Below are positions 63,542 through 64,000 of a stretch of DNA of 64,000 nucleotides, piece by piece; position 1 is the stretch's first letter; every line of letters starts with the position of its first letter. The notes beneath the pieces were generated by a model, which was not told where the DNA came from, did no database searches, and worked only from the letters and a program-made list of their open reading frames with translations. The translations under genes and the position numbers were made by a program. The stretch covers positions 26,799-90,798 of the forward strand of contig CAVRZW010000014.1 in the NCBI GenBank assembly GCA_963725755.1, read 5' to 3'. This DNA is from an uncultured beta proteobacterium. GTDB lineage: Bacteria > Pseudomonadota > Gammaproteobacteria > Burkholderiales > Burkholderiaceae_C.

Positions 63542-64000
63542 ATGAAGCCCGAGACCGACCGCGACCGCGCCGCCTTGACCCATTTCGACGCCCAGGGCCA
63601 GGCGCACATGGTCGATGTCGCGGCCAAGGAAGTCACGCACCGCGTCGCGCGCGCCAGCGGCCTGATCCGCATGCAGCCGGCGACCTTCGCGCTGATCGCC
63701 AGCGGCCAGGCGAAGAAGGGCGACGTGCTCGGCGTGGCGCGCATCGCCGCGATCCAGGGCGCCAAGCGCACCGCCGACCTGGTGCCGCTGTGCCACCCGC
63801 TGCCGATCACCAGCGTGGCGGTCGAGTTCGCGCTCGACGCCGAACGCAGCGAAGTGCGCTGCACCGCGCAGGTCGAAACGCTGGGCCGCACCGGTGTCGA
63901 GATGGAGGCGCTGACCGCGGTGCAGGTCGGCCTGCTGACGGTCTACGACATGTGCAAGGCCGTCGATCGCGGGATGGTGATGGGCGACATCCGGGTGCTG
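63542..64000 (+). CDS. moaC: cyclic pyranopterin monophosphate synthase MoaC (3' end truncated by the window)
   Basis: This gene is not in the ORF track because it has no stop. My translation from ATG 63542 is [40 protein letters not shown]...[35 protein letters not shown]...[31 protein letters not shown], which is the canonical MoaC sequence. Confidence 0.9.
   Translation, partial: MKPETDRDRAALTHFDAQGQAHMVDVAAKEVTHRVARASGLIRMQPATFALIASGQAKKGDVLGVARIAAIQGAKRTADLVPLCHPLPITSVAVEFALDAERSEVRCTAQVETLGRTGVEMEALTAVQVGLLTVYDMCKAVDRGMVMGDIRVL

Overview
This is a high-GC (about 70%) chromosomal segment. Its gene content and order look like a Burkholderiales betaproteobacterium, possibly the Rubrivivax/Leptothrix/Roseateles group, but that taxon call is inference only. 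I support about 55 protein-coding genes. I found no rRNA or tRNA genes, no IS elements, integrases, prophage blocks or CRISPR arrays, and no recognisable defence system.

Gene blocks, left to right:
(1) ubiH-like gene, nitrilase-family hydrolase, and glnE coupled to a rhombosortase-like protease and an EamA transporter; then a GST.
(2) A light-regulator locus. A CarH/LitR-like MerR regulator with a B12-binding domain is co-transcribed with a diiron ferritin-like gene. It lies divergent, across a 607-bp structured control region, from an eight-gene translationally coupled operon: FAD oxidoreductase, DUF1365, CFA-synthase-like, CHI-like, MFS, DUF3833 lipoprotein, SDR, NTF2-like. The operon resembles furan/methylated fatty-acid pathways.
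(3) A TonB_C-like protein and a TonB-dependent receptor.
(4) THUMP methyltransferase, rpoN, lptB, lptA, dsbA, a SPOR protein and argS.
(5) A Ser/Thr kinase fused to a cNMP-binding domain.
(6) A 17-kb LacI-controlled glycan-utilisation locus: GH1, TonB-dependent receptor, GH144-like lipoprotein, ABC importer without an ATPase gene, a 1029-aa unknown (alpha/alpha)6-type protein, an esterase, and a 1106-aa GH94-type phosphorylase. I interpret it as a candidate proteobacterial beta-1,2-glucan catabolic system. This is the best novelty candidate in the window.
(7) psiF-like gene, LysR regulator, HAD, glcB, NUDIX, VOC, histidine phosphatase, a family-5 solute-binding protein, OsmC, ssb, recQ, uvrA, an H1-like/SWIB protein, DUF360, an M48/TPR protease, and a truncated moaC that is not in the ORF track.

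Five otherwise intact genes, including essential lptB, carry single-nucleotide frame breaks. I think these are more likely sequence indels than real pseudogenes. The many long antisense ORFs in the track are high-GC shadow ORFs.
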